NCBI GenBank assembly: GCA_965637545.1
Contig: OZ281496.1
Span: 17,732,001 to 17,796,000 of the forward strand
Reading direction: 5' to 3'
Length of the DNA: 64,000 nt
Source: Phallusia mammillata
Taxonomy: Eukaryota
The notes beneath the pieces were generated by a model, which saw only the letters and a program-made list of their open reading frames with translations, was not told the origin of the DNA and ran no database searches. The position numbers and the translations under genes are program-made. Position 1 is the stretch's first letter; every line of letters begins with the position of its first letter. Below, in pieces: positions 62,394-64,000 of the stretch.

Positions 62394-63986
62394 TTAGCAT
62401 GTCAAGTATTCGTGGCGCAGTGAGATATGGTTGTGCCACTTGGTGGGGTAAACTCGAAGTTTGTGGGCGATAATTGGTTGATGAAACATGTTGGTAACCG
62501 GGCTTTTCTGGTCCCAGTTGCCACTAAACAGCTGTGGAAAAATCCAATAAACTAAAAAAATACTGTCAAATACTGGTTTTTACGGCTTTGCGGATAATAC
62601 AATGCAATTTTATACATTTTAGGCGAACTTTTAACAGAGTGTTGAGTAGATTAGGCTGAACGTTTCTCAATCCAGCAAAATCCAAAAAGTCCAAATATGT
62701 TGTTAAAAAACATCAGTTTTTTCTCACTTTTGTCGTTCCTGAATTGTCGCTCACATTTTTCCAAGTCCGATCGGAATCGAAATACGACACTTTGAATTCT
62801 GTCACCCACTGATCAAGGTTAGCACGTCCCTGGGTAATGACCCCAGTAATTGTTGTAGCTTTTCCTAAGATTACTTGAATCCATTGATTACCATTATCTG
62901 CGGATCAAAAGCAATATTGATTTCGCAAATGCATATTTTCATGCAAATGAACGATTGAAGAATGCCCAATAATGATATCCTTAAGCAGGGCAAACCATCA
63001 TGTCAAGTAAAAAACAGCCTAAAAGTTGATTTGGAAAAAAAACTAATTTTTTAAAATTTTACCCTGTTGTTTTGACAAACGTTTTAATTTTTGGTATCCC
63101 TAAGGTGGTTTACTGAGTTCTATCTCCAAGAGTTTACCAACATCAACGAAAAACAGTTTACCTTCCATATTGTATTTATTTATTCATTTTCATATTTATT
63201 TGCTGTTTTCTTTCTTTATTTATCAAAGGACGTGTTTATTGTTCACTTCCACACAAATTTATAGTCAGTTTAATCACAACATCAACTATCATACGCTTTA
63301 CTGACTTGTTGCCGCACACCACGATCCAACCGAAACATGGGGAATAAACGATTGATCAAGTCTTCCCCACTTTTGGCTATGTTGATCGTCCAAATCTGGT
63401 CGCCAATAAGTCGATGCTGTTATAGCACTGTCGGGAATATAATGTGTCTCCAGTCCCAACTTGCACGAAGAATCTAAAAATGTCTGGTATGTTATGTGTG
63501 GAATCCTTTTTTAATTAATTTACAATTGCTTTTTCAAAAAATTGAAAAATTACAAACTACAAGAAATCGTTAATGTTTGTTATCGCATTTTTGGTACATT
63601 TTTCACAAATTGTGTGCTACAAAACATATTTTCTCCGCTACATGTTTTACCTCTATTGGCCTGGATATTTATCTTGCCAAACTCCTTGTTTTCTGTAGAA
63701 ACTAAGTAGAATCATTTAAATCAAATATTTTAACAAATTCAATTTAAGACCAACCTTTTCCACAATCATTGCGATCACAACACCTGCTTGCAGATCTACA
63801 TCCGCCTGGAACGTATTTGAATTGAACTAAGTGTTAAAGTAGGTGCTGAGAATCGAAACGAAAGTGGATACAGATTATAACCGTATTACTTACAACACCT
63901 GGTAATTGTACAGTTTGAATTCAACAAAAAATTAACTTACTGCACAAGACTATGACTGCCAGTAGAACTACAACTTCTTTAAGCAT
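62394..63986 (-). CDS. Secreted single F5/8 type C (discoidin) domain protein, copy B, 204 aa
   Basis: Six exons: 63986-63941, 63805-63755, 63692-63651, 63473-63306, 62897-62728, 62531-62394. Exon sizes and phases are identical to copy A; open frame. Confidence 0.92.
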
Positions 63987-64000
63987 TTTGAAAACTTGAA

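Overview
AT-rich, intron-containing animal genomic DNA, with no prokaryotic features and no CRISPR array. An ascidian/tunicate origin is inferred from the LDLa-repeat GPCRs lacking LRRs and the short introns. Host genes: two paralogous LDL-receptor-class-A-repeat GPCRs (one essentially a single 3.85-kb exon, one split into about 13 exons); two intact inverted copies plus one orphan exon of a secreted single-discoidin (F5/8C) gene; and two decayed C2H2 zinc-finger loci. The rest is nested transposable elements. The most notable is a 4.8-kb DNA transposon (2434-7236) with long minisatellite-bearing TIRs, TAT(GG)..CCATA ends and a 6-bp TSD. It carries an IS3/integrase-type DDE transposase on one strand and an alpha-kinase on the other; both are pseudogenised in this copy. 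Also present: a KDZ-type transposase relic, a Penelope element with an uninterrupted RT/GIY-YIG ORF between inverted pseudo-LTRs, a second decayed Penelope, five minimal hammerhead-ribozyme motifs (two inside tiny stand-alone insertions), an L1/Tx1 5' fragment with an unusual Cys-rich ORF1, a hAT transposase relic, many hAT MITEs with 8-bp TSDs, and tRNA-derived SINE-like arrays. All coordinates, translations and counts were read by hand; no database search was run.
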